From positions 1,240,001 to 1,304,000 of the forward strand of contig MU058387.1 of NCBI GenBank assembly GCA_013265495.1: DNA of 64,000 bases, in the 5' to 3' direction. A program made the position numbers and the translations under genes. Position 1 is the first letter of the stretch. Each line of letters begins with the position of its first letter. Source of the DNA: Vicugna vicugna (taxonomy: Eukaryota). Below, in pieces: positions 52,644 through 64,000 of this stretch. The notes beneath the pieces are model-generated. The model did no database searches. It saw only the letters and a list, made by a program, of their open reading frames with translations, and was not told the DNA's origin.

Positions 52644-54294
52644 ATTTAATGCAATCCCTATCCAATTACCCAGGACATATTTCACAGAACTAGAATAAAT
52701 CATAATAAAATTTATATGGAACCATCAAAGACCTAGAATTGCTAAAGCATTACTGAAGAGAAAGAAAGAGGCTGGAGGAATAACTCTCCCAGACTTCAGA
52801 CAATACTATAGAGCTACAGTCATCAAGACAGCATGGTATTGGTACCAAAACAGACATATGGACCAATGGAACAGAATAGAGAGCCCAGAAATGAACCCAC
52901 AAACCTTTGGTCAACTAATCTTCGACAAAGGAGGCAAGAATATACAATGGAATAAAGACAGTCTCTTCAGCAAATGGTGTTGGGAAAACTGGACAGCAGC
53001 ATGTAAAACAATGAAGCTAGAACACACCCTTACACCATATACAAAAATCAACTCAAAATGGATTAAAGACTTAAACATAAGACAAGATACAATAAACCTC
53101 CTAGAGGAAAACATAGGCAAAACATTATCTGACATACATTTCAAAAATTTTCTCCTAGAAGAAATAAAAGCAAGAATAAACAAATGGGACCTAATGAAAC
53201 TTACAAGCTTCTGCAGAGCAAAGGAAACCAGAAATAAAACAAGAAGACAACCTACGGAATGGGAGAAAATTTTTGCAAGTGAAACCGACAAAGGCTTGAT
53301 CTCCAAAATATATAAGCAGCTCATACGACTCAATAAGAAAAAAATAAACAACCCAATCCAAAAATGGGCAGAAGACCTAAACAAGCAATTCTCCAAGGAA
53401 GACATACAAATGATCAAAAAGCACATGAAAAAATGTTCAATATCACTAATTATCAGAGAAATGCAAATCAAAACTACAATGAGGTATCACCTCACACCAG
53501 TCAGAATGGCCGTCATTCAAAAATCCAAAAATGACAAATGCTGGAGAGGCTGTGGAGAAAGGGGAACCCTCCTACACTGCTGGTGGGAATGCAGTTTGGT
53601 GCAGCCACTATGGAAAACAGTGTGGAGATTCCTCAAAAGACTAGGAATAGACTTACCATATGACCCAGGAATCCCACTCCTGGGCTTGTATCCAGAAGGA
53701 AATCTACTTCAGGATGACACCTGCACCCCAATGTTCATAGCAGCACTATTTACAATAGCCAAAACATGGAAACAGCCTAAATGTCCATCAACAGGTGACT
53801 GGATAAAGAAGATGTGGTATATTTATACAATGGAATACTACTCAGCCATAAAAACCGACAACATAATGCCATTTGCAGCAACATGGATGCTCCTAGAGAA
53901 TGTCATTCTAAGTGAAGTAAGCCAGAAAGAGAAAGAAAAATACCATATGAGATCGCTCATATGTGGAATCTAAAAAACAAAAACAAACAAACAAACAAAA
54001 ACAAAGCATAAATACAGGACAGAAATAGACTCATGGACAGAGAATACAGACTTGTGGTTACCAGGGGGGTAGAGGGTGGGAAGGGATAGACTGGGATTTC
54101 AAAATTGTAGAATAGATAAACAAGATTACACTGTATAGCACAGGGAAATATACACAAAATGTTATGATAAATCACAGAGAAAAAAATGTGACAATGAGTG
54201 TGTATATGTCCATGAATGACTGAAAAATTGTGCTGAACACTGGAATTTGACACAACATTGTAAAATGATTATAAATCAATAAAAAATGTTAAAA
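52644..54294 (+). mobile_element. Young 5'-truncated LINE-1 with a perfect 16-bp TSD AAAAAGCAAATGATTA
   Basis: TSD at 52628-52643 and 54295-54310 with an endonuclease-like site tc|aaaa. ORF2 C-terminal region, then 3'UTR, AATAAA and an A tail. Confidence 0.97.
52645..53973 (+). pseudogene. L1 ORF2p C-terminal remnant (post-RT region and cysteine-rich CCHC domain). One in-frame TAA at 52696-52698, open thereafter
   Basis: ORF track 52858-53973 gives [28 protein letters not shown] and [11 protein letters not shown]. Upstream in the same frame: FNAIPIQLPRTYFTELE*. No endonuclease or RT core. Confidence 0.93.
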
Positions 54295-57200
54295 AAAAAG
54301 CAAATGATTATAAGGGATTAAAACACATTATGTGTGATTTCAAAATTCACTGATAAACTTTGGAGATAGGAAACCATATTATTATTTCAAAATGTGATTT
54401 TTTTAAAAAGGAAACAAAACATGTAAGCTGTCTTTTCTATATGAACTGCACTGCATGTTAGCAAATAACTAAAGACAGGAAATTTATCTTAAAAGAAATA
54501 TTCTGGCTAATAAACAGACATGAGATAATTAGTATAGCAACATTTTTCAGCTTCCTGGTGGATTTGTGTGTCCATCCAAAGTTCATCAATGGCTGCTAAC
54601 CTCTCATAAAGAAGTTATCTCACACACACACTCAAGGTCACATGAAACACATAACATACAATTTATGTAACTTATGGCGACTTTTTGTGAAGTAGTTTTA
54701 CCAAAATAAATATGAACCTCAATTTGACCAAGATTCTAAGGTAACTCCCAGTTTATAGAAAATACATGGAAGAGAGGATGTTCGAAGAGACTAAAGGTAT
54801 GCAATCAGTAGTATCCAAATTAGGTATTTCTATAGGAAAAATACCCTGGTTTCATCAAGGAAAAAGAAAAAACAAAAAATATTAGAGAGACATTTATATT
54901 TAGAGGGACTCAAGGGATGTACCATTCATTGAAATGCATAATAATATTTGGAACCCAAGTTACAATTACATAAATGATACATACATACATATGAATGATG
55001 TATACATAGCACACATGTATATTGTATATTGTTTATTGTCTACTGTTTTATGTGTTTGTAAATTTTGATAATAACACTTAAAAACAATGGGAAAGTGGAA
55101 GAAATAACCAGATAATGCATTCTTTCTAATGAGATTATATGTGAATTTCACAGCACCACCAATGAACGGTTTGTGCCAAACTTGCTAAATCTGGTTTTAA
55201 TCAAACCTTTGGCTGTGACTTCCAGTTTAAACCAAATGCCAAGGCTAGAGGAACAAATTGAATAATAATAAGAGGATGTGATCAGACAAATCCAGAATGT
55301 GGAATTATTCTGAAAAACTGAACATAAGTCAGTATTTAAAAAGGGAAGGAGATCTGTTCAAAAGTAAAAGAGAGTAAGGACAGAACAGCCAAATAAAATT
55401 TGTGTGTATACCATTTCGATCCTGACTAGAGCAATCAAATGGTGATAAAGATGAGAGGTGGAAGCAATTGACCATTGCCTAGATAATGATGATATTTAAA
55501 ATGCTATATTAATTTGTTAGATATTATAATGGGATATTGGTGATATAGGAATGTATTTTACATGTACTTTTCTAACATGTAATATTTATAGAGTGTGATC
55601 CTAATATTTCAGTCAATTATAAAAATGTTATAGTTTTCAGAAATTATTCTGAAGTATTTGGGAATGAATTATCTAGGAATTACTTTAACATTTCAGCAAA
55701 AAAACTATAAAATAAACAAGATCACAAAAATGATAATTCTTTCATCTCAGGTTGAGTTTTATTATGCTTTCCTAGCTACATCACTGGATGTTTAAAAAAC
55801 TCATAATAAAAGCTTTGCTATGAAATTAATGAGATTAATACAATGCCTTACCAGCACCCAATCTACCATCAGTAGCATCCAGATGATTAATATTCATTAA
55901 AAGTTACTATCTATTCATTTAAACTGATTTGGCAGTATACATTTACCAAGAAATATTTTGCTAACTACTCAGATTTATGAGTATACAAGCCTTGAAAGTT
56001 GTAAAAAGATATGAGTTTTAGAACACCATCTAATTTAATTCAGTCAACTTCCTGAACAGTTATAGACTGACTTTTATAAATATCTAGGATTTAGAAATCA
56101 CTTTTAAGAAAGAAAACATAACTCTGTATTGATAGCTACATATTATCTTTGTATAACACATTCCTCTTTTCGTTAAATGATTGCTTATTCTTAATGTAGA
56201 CAATGAGGATTTTTTTCATTGTCTATTGATTGCTTTCACAAAAATTATGAAAAGAGTATCATAAAATTCAAGGCATCCTGAGTCATGAAGTCATCGTACG
56301 TACACTGTAAAATAAAGTCGTCTTGCTAAGATTTCTTGAAAAAGATGGTAACGTTACTGTGATTACTGCATCTTTGATAGCAGAAAACCAATATAACAAA
56401 TTACATATTTTATATCCACATATAAATGCATTAGATACATTCTGATCATTCCCCACATTCTTGCAAATTTCCCTAATGCAAGTTGTTTATGTTCCTCTCT
56501 AAACAAATACTTTCCAGAAAGCTAGGCTTTTTGCTTCATCACATAACTATAATCTTTTATATGCCATAAATTTGCACCTAAATCATTCCTCATTTATAAA
56601 GCTCTAGTCACTTTCAAAGTTAATTTGAAACTTGAAATTTCCCCTAAAGCTTTTACCATATAAAGATCAGTGAAGAGGTAACAATAATTATTGGGAAAAA
56701 AATGGGATACAATTTGAGAATCTAAATAAACCACTTTACCTAGAGCTGTTTTATTACAAATATATTTTAAAACTGTAAGTTCAGAATAAATAAGTCTGAC
56801 GATTGAAAGAAATCTCTAGATGGAGCAAGAAACAGCTAAGGTGCTTAATATGTGGCCTTCAGCTACTCAATTTTATTAATGGTGACAGCCACTTAAGGAT
56901 TCAAATGGACACAAACTTAGAGAGAAGGAGAGCCATGGAGAGAGAAAATATATTCTTATTTGAAATAGATCAACTTAGGTGCAAAGAAGTCAGCATCATT
57001 TTTTTCTTATAAAATTGTTCTTAATAGATTAGGATTTTAAAGGCTTATTTTCCCATCTGTGCTGACCACAGAAATGTACCTCTCATCTTCGACCCATAAC
57101 TAGGCATTGGGTTCCTGAGAGTCACTGAGTCTTACTTCTGGGTTCATCTCCTGGAATGAACATAAAATGTCTCTTCCAAACCAGAACAAGGTTTGAGAGG

Positions 57201-57746
57201 GCAAGAAAGAACTTTGAATAGTTGTACTGCCATCATAAGCATAAGGAGGGATGGCCTGGGCAACTGGAACATCTGCTTACCTTCTGCATGACCCCTCTGT
57301 TCTGAATCAGAGAAGACTGATACCCTATACAGCATGGCAGTTGACTCTCCTGTGCCAGAGGATGAGTGTGGGACATGGATCTTTACTACAGAATCATCTG
57401 GATCCCAAGAGCTCTGTCAGGTGCGGAATTTACAGAAGACACCGGACCCAAGGCAGCTCCGTAGAGCACACAGATTCTTCACCTGTCTCCTTATTTTCAG
57501 GGTCCTTACATATCCCTAACCTCAACTAAGTTTTCATTCTTAGGAATATATACTTATCCCTTTATCTCCCCTCCTTCAATTTGAAGTCTTCTTCCCCAAG
57601 TGAGAAGCTGGTTTCAGCACGAGTCTGTTCCCTGAATTCTCTTTTTGGTTATAGGTCCTCAAACATAATGGTATATTTCAAAGACTGAGTGGCATCAGCA
57701 TGTCTTCCTGTCTTTTTTTGCTAATTACAGGAAGGTCTGTCTAAAC

Positions 57747-58055
57747 CGAGGTGTCCCACTGGGGAGCTATTTAGACACGCGTGCCTGCTGAGCACTTGCA
57801 ATTGTCTAATCTAAACCGATATGGAGTCAAAAAGTAACATACACTCTAGACTTACAAGACAGTGTGAAAACCATAAGGTAAATGTTTCATTAATAATTTT
57901 ATACTGACACATTTCAAAGTAGTGTGTTAGATATATGTGGTTAAATAGAATATAACAGTAGAATTCAATCATTTTTTTAAAAATGGCTACTAGAAAAATT
58001 TTAATTACATATGCAGTCATATTTAACTCACGTTTGTTTTCTGTTGGGCAGTTCA
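57747..58055 (-). mobile_element. MER33-like hAT-Charlie MITE
   Basis: tgagcacttgcaattg, ttcattaataatttt, atggctactagaaaaattttaattacatatg, and the end ttctgttgggcag. Confidence 0.8.
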
Positions 58056-61000
58056 AGTGAAGATTTGCTCTGCTTTGCCTTCTGTTGATTATGGGGTACT
58101 TTGCCTTTTTATGTCATTTATTTTATATGTCATTGCTTCAGACAACACTGACAAAGATTGTATTATTTGGTCCACATTTAACCTCATGCAGCCTATCAAA
58201 AAATGTTGCTATGCTATGCAGAGTATAATTCGTATAGTATACAAATTAATAAGTATAGAATTATTGATTTGGAAGTATTAATACTTTCAAAACAAGACCC
58301 AGTGCTCCCTCTGGTCCTGTCTACACATATTTTCAATACGTTTTCAAAAAGCCTAACACGCAACACAGCCACCAGCACTGCCTTCTATTAATATAGTATA
58401 TTGTAAGACAGGACAATGGCAGGCTGTGTGATGAGGTTAGACTTTCATATTAATTTTGGCAATGTATTTTATATAACCTTGATTGTCAGTTAGACCAAAT
58501 ACTGTTCTTTCTGGCTGAAACTGTAAGACTCACAGCACACACACTTTTTTGTGTAGATCATGTCATCCAAAAAAGAGTTTTTTGTACTGTAGGATTTCTT
58601 CTTCCTCTCCACCCCCCATTATCAGTGGCGAATGAAAGATATCTCCCTTCTCTAAGAGAATATCACAGTTGTTACCTACTTATAGACAAAAAGTACGTAC
58701 AATTTTATATCTCATATTCTTCCTCCCATATGTTATAAAATATATATATGTTAACATATATATGTGTGTTTTTATGTATGTGTGTGTATACACATTTAAA
58801 CTATGTTCTTTTCATCTACTATTATCAGTTAAAGTTATTGAATAAAAGCTACTTTCATGGCATTACATACTTTGTTTTGCCATGACCATTTGTAGATGTC
58901 AAAGAGATAAATTATCATCAGAGATACTCTGACAGTTACTTACTGTAACTACATCTTTACTGAATACATTAATACATGTCTCTCACACTATACAATTATA
59001 AGACTCAGGAAAAAATAAACCTCTATCCTGATTTATGAATGGAAAATTGACTCTTAAATTTACTATCTACTACCAATAAATAAAATGATTTTAAAACCCT
59101 GTTAATTCTTCACTCTGCTTACATTAGTTTTTGGTCAATTTAATCCATCCCAGAAAATAGACTTGCATAAACACAGTTCTGAAGAAATGTATCACTGAAA
59201 TTCATTCCCCAACAAAAAAAGGAAACTGTGCAGAGATGATTCTGAATAACTATCCACCATTATTTTCCCCATGTACCTCATTTTTTGCTTTCATGGTCTG
59301 TCCCTAAGAAAGCTAAAAATATCATTTGGAAATTGCTGATGGCTTGGAAGACAGGAAATCTCAAAATATGTTCTGAAACCCAAATGCTGTATAACAATGC
59401 AGTGAAGAAAAAGACGCAGACACAACCAGTCTGTAAGTACAGCTCATTTACGTACCCTTTTAAGCTATGTAACTCTCCTTTGTGAATTGATTTTGCAAGT
59501 TTATGTGTTAAGAAAATATTTATTAAGCAGGGAAATGTGGTTGAGATTTGGCACAAAGATGAATGTATTAAGCATCCTTTATGACCCAATACTTTACTAT
59601 GTGTGACTTGACCAGTCCCCAAAATTGACAGTATGCCATAAGGTGTCACATGTGTAGTTCAAGGTGCTGTAGGATTCCGAAGCAGGGACAGTTGAAAGCT
59701 ATGAATTATTAGAACGGATTTTTTTTTTCCCCTTAGCAATGATAAATGAGAAGTGGGAACACTGATGGACACACTAACATGCCATCCAGCTTCTTCAAAT
59801 GCATTTGCATAAACATGGAACAAAAAAAACTATTCTTTTACTTTCTAATTTGACATATTTTTTCAGTTTTTAGAGAATTTAAATAAAGTCTGCTGTGAGA
59901 GTTAGAGGTAATATATGTAGAGTGACTACAGAAGCCTTTCTCCCAGATGGTAGTTATGTTTTTATATCCTTATCACTGTGAACAATTTATTAATAAACAG
60001 GAAATATAACTTGGGCAAACTTAGTAGATGATCTGTAAATATACAGTGCTATTTTTTTTTACAAGAAATACCAGGTACCTACAGAAACAGAAACATTTAT
60101 TATCTGGATATTCTTGAGGCTGCAATTAATTTCCCAATACTTTCTTTAGAAACAACCTGAGGAGCTTAAAATACATCATTTACAGAAATACCTCTTAATT
60201 CTGCTGTAATGAATTGCTATTCACAACTTTATGAGATCCTAATTGATTAAGGGTGTATTTGGAGGATCCAGGAGATAAAAACTTCATGTAGTACAAGAGA
60301 CAGAACCAAATAAAGGTTGTTTTTGCTCCTGTTTTGTACCAGTTGTTTTGGCATTATGCAGACAGAACATTATGCAGGCAGGTACATTTAACCTTTTTTT
60401 TCTTTTTTTCCCCACTGTTCTATCGACCAACCTCTGTTGAACTGAATTCAATTCAGTGGGCAAGGGAGTCTCCAAAAGCTGAACTAATCATAGTTCAGGG
60501 AGTCTTAAATTGAAGGCATTTAATTAACCGCAAAACTGGAAATGTAGACAATGGTTTAATCCGTAAGGTCAAACAATCAGAGATCAAAATAAAAACCATA
60601 CAGCATGTTTGCAGGGTGCAGAACCATGGAATCTGCCACTGAGTGTAGATTTAATTTTGCTGGAGACAATTCTTCTCAGTCTCTTTTGCAACCAGACTTT
60701 TAAAATGGGTTCTGTAGCTTAATTAATCCAGGTTCTGACAAGTAAGTTCTTAGAAAAAGGAAAGTCAATTGCAAAGGAAAAAACAAAAAAATCATTTAAC
60801 TATGACCTGTGGTTTGGATCACCAAAAGAGAACAACAAAATTAGAACTGAGAATACTTAAAGTGGATGTTGGTTTTAGGGTTCCTCTTAGATCACAGACA
60901 CAGAAGAGCAATTATGTTATTTTTTGCTATGTTTTATCTTCTGGCTTAATACCGTGCCATGTTTGACTATTTAGGTAAAAAGTATCAACGTAACGTGGGC

Positions 61001-61759
61001 AAACGTGACATCACTTTATAGGTCCTTCTTAGGTCCCTTGAGAAACCATTTATCTTGTCAGAGGTTAAATTTTTAAAACGGACATAAACTCTGGAATATG
61101 GCAAATAAAACCACATGTTGAACATTTTATTGCCTATAATGCCAAATCATCTGTGAGAAACTCAATTAAATATAGGGTTTTTTTCCCTCTCAAATATATA
61201 TTTAATCCAATAAAGACAAAATAAAAATACCACATTAAAATTGGGGTAAACATTTATGTATGAGTGTGTGTATGTGTGTGAAACGCTCGCTTAAACAATA
61301 TTAGTCTATTGTAAAAGCATGGTTTAGAGAAATTATCACTCCATTTTCTTTTAGAAATGACACAAAATAATATAATCTCTTAGTTACATGGAAAGGGTAT
61401 GTGTATGTCTAATATCAAGTGCAGTTTTATTTAGATTTAGACTTTGCCAACCCTCAAAACTTTATTGTATATAGGAATAGATGGAATATTAATGCAAAGT
61501 AAAATTGGTGAAAACTCTATGACTTCTATGTGTATCTCTAAAGGACTGTGCTATTGAACAGTCAGTATGACATATTAAATGGGCTCTAAACTCAATGTCA
61601 GAAAACTTTCACTTGAGTTCTGATTTTATCATTAACCAGTTAGAAGCTTATAGGCAAATTTAATCAGCAACATGATTCCAGACTTTGAAAATAGAGAGAC
61701 TAGACCATATCATCTCAAAAATATCTTTTCTCTCTGGGTCCTCTGATCTGCATTTTTGA

Positions 61760-63130
61760 TGCAATCTGTTTTTTCAACAAACTCTTATGAGTGCCTGCTA
61801 TATTTTGGCCACTTTTCCTTTCATTTGTAGGAAAAATCACTATGATCCTGTCCAACAACATCCCTGGTTTCATACATATAAATGAGTGAGGATCTATGAG
61901 GTAACAGACTGTGTTATGAAGAATGCAAAGTTTGGTGCTGTGCAAAATAATGCCTGGGGGTTACTTCAGATGAACTAATCAGGAAATACCATCCAAAAGA
62001 TGATACTTAAAGTCAGAGCTGAAGGACAGGAAAGAAGATCTGGGGGGAAAGAATTCCAGACAAAGAATCAATAAGTGCAAGAACTGAGAATGAAATAGAA
62101 AAAAGAGAAGACTTCAATAGGCCTGGAACCCCTGAACAAGAGGGGATTAGAGAGGCCATCAGAGGGCAGATCTTGAACTGCCCCATAAATTAGCATTCAG
62201 CATGGATTTTCAGCTTAGCTGTCGGATAATGGCATGAGCTGACTGACATTTCCAAAAGATCATTCTGGCCACTGGATGGGAAAATCCTTAGGAGAATTTC
62301 TTAATTAGACCTGCAGAAACAGAATACCATAAACTAAGTGGCTTAAACAACAACAAAAAATATATTTTTCACAGTTCTGGAAACTATAAAGTCTGAGATC
62401 AGGCTGCCACTAGCCTGACCAGGTTACGGTAAGGGCTCAAGGGCTCTCTTCCTGGTTTGTAGATGATCATCTTCTTGCTGCCCCCTCACATGGGGGGCAT
62501 AAAGGGAGAGGATGTAACCTCTCCAGTGTCTTATACGGGTAATAATCCCCTTCATGAGAGCTTCATCCTCATGACTTAATTACCTTCCAAAGGGGCTACC
62601 TCCTAACATAACATTGGGGGTTGGAATTTCAACATATGAATTTGGTTGGTTGGTTGGAGTGGAAAGGGAGGTGGACACAAAATTGTTCAGTCTATACAGA
62701 AAGGGAGGTTGGAAGACCAGTTAGTAACTATGAGGATAAAAGTCAGTGTTGATTAGGGTCTTAATGGAGTGAATACACTTGATTTAAGAAATATTTGGAA
62801 TGAAGAGTTGACACAACTTGCTGTGATGGTTTGGTTTGGTTTGTTGTGAGGGAGGAATCAAAGATAAATTCCCAGTTTTCAGGCTTGAAAAATGGAATGA
62901 GATGGTGCCATTTACTTACGTGGGGAAGAGCAAAAGAGAGACAGGACATTTGGAGGGTGTATCAAGAGTTCTCTTCTAAACTGATTAATTGAGATGTTAT
63001 TAGACATCCAGTTTCCGATGGACAAGTCAGTAGCTAAGGAGTTTTGAACTGAAGATAGAGGTTTGGGAGTAATACCTTATTAAGAAGACTTAAAACCAAG
63101 AGACTGAATAATAATCACTGGCAATAGATT
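61760..63130 (-). mobile_element. L2, interrupted by the MLT1A-like LTR at 62297-62698
   Basis: tatgagtgcctgctat, cagagctgaaggacagg, aaagatcattctggc. After the LTR: gagggaggaatcaaagataaattccc, gatggtgccatttact. Confidence 0.75.
62297..62698 (-). mobile_element. MLT1A-like solo LTR
   Basis: aataccataaactaagtggcttaaacaac, ccctcacatgg, cctcatgacttaattaccttccaaagg, atttcaacatatgaattt. Confidence 0.88.
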
Positions 63131-63829
63131 ATTCCACAAAGAGTAGGGTGATGTGAGTGGTTTAATGGGAACTTATCCAGGTCTGGATGTTTCCAGAAGA
63201 GGTCAGTTTAGCCACCTTGAGGGATGTGCCTTAGACAACACTATTCATGATCAGAAACTTGGCATGTCTACTCATTGAGAATTGATTCCTTTCTCAGGGA
63301 AATGCACACCAATAAGTGTACATAGATTGAAATATGAAGCCAAGATCATAAATTGTTATTAATGTATGTTGGCCATATGGACCAGGTATTTTTAAACCAA
63401 ATGTAGCCTGTTATTTTCATAGTAGGAATTTCTACAGATGAGATCAAATTTCGCTCAGGACCCTTCTTATGCTAATCCTTTAATGCTTGTGTTCTGATGC
63501 CAATCCCATTATAATTAGAATTTCTTACAGTGAAAAGCATGTGTTATTTGCAGTAATATTTGCAGTAGCTTGAGGTAGGCCTCCTCTTTCCAGGAATGGT
63601 TTACCAATAGCACCATGTACTTTGGTGAAGGTTTTCTTCTTTGGAGAACCGTTCAGTTGTACTTAAATGGATATTTCTAATATTTGCCTCTGTGGATTAT
63701 GCTTTAAGTCTTCCTTTCCTGACCAGTCCCTTTTTTTCTGGTTGACATGTTGTTTTTCTGAATGTATTAATGTACTCAGTGAGATCTCCTCAATAGTCTC
63801 AATAATCCTTTTATTTTAAGTGAATTTGC

Positions 63830-64000
63830 GGATGTGAGGGTGATCTGGCTGCGACATTTGTCACCCATTGATCGCCAGGGTTGATTCAGCTGATCTGGCC
63901 GGCTAGGCGGGTGTCCCCTTCCTCCCTCACCGCTCCATGTGCATCCCTCCCGAAGCTGCATGCTCGGTTGAAGAGGACGACCATCCCCGATAGGGGAGGA
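63830..64000 (+). pseudogene. RN7SK: 7SK snRNA retro-pseudogene; 5' end intact, continues beyond the window
   Basis: ggatgtgagggtgatctggctgcgac...aggcgggtgtccccttcctccctcaccgctccatg...gaagaggacgaccatccccgatag matches 7SK from nucleotide 1. About 10 differences from the recalled human sequence, mostly CpG transitions. No evident PSE/TATA upstream. Confidence 0.93.

Larger units (their letters stand above)
52575..55810 (+). mobile_element. L1MC4/L1MC5-like 3'UTR remnants; host of the young L1
   Basis: tttgaacatcaaaa..atgatta on the left continues past the TSD. Downstream motifs include ccagtttatagaaaatac and caatcag..tccaaa. Confidence 0.55.

Noticed and set aside
52911..53471. 186-aa hydrophobic ORF on the - strand
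   Set aside because: It is the familiar antisense frame of L1 ORF2.
57130..57530. Overlapping short ORFs suggesting a processed pseudogene
   Set aside because: No recognisable protein, poly(A) or TSD.

Overview
AT-rich, repeat-dense mammalian genomic DNA that looks intergenic or deep intronic. I recognise no protein-coding gene, and nearly all ORFs in the track are chance frames or the antisense shadow of LINE-1. Most of the window is old eutherian interspersed repeats (MaLR/MLT1, MLT2 and LTR16 LTRs; L1M and L2 LINEs; MIR; hAT and mariner MITEs). Younger insertions are a 5'-truncated LINE-1 with a perfect 16-bp target-site duplication (52644-54294), a short L1 3' end with a TSD (7775-8325), ERV1-like solo LTRs, and a 7SK retrocopy running off the right edge. 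The L1 3'UTR type and the lack of any recognisable young SINE suggest a cetartiodactyl, most likely a camelid (inference). The most unusual items are a TSD-flanked L1 made of a 5'UTR joined to an AATAAA end (24413-25309), a convergent L1 rearrangement (~40-41.4 kb), a recent 225-bp tandem duplication, and two CpG-rich exon-like islands. I found no evidence of a novel multi-gene system. Repeat family names come from remembered consensus sequences, and old-repeat boundaries are approximate.
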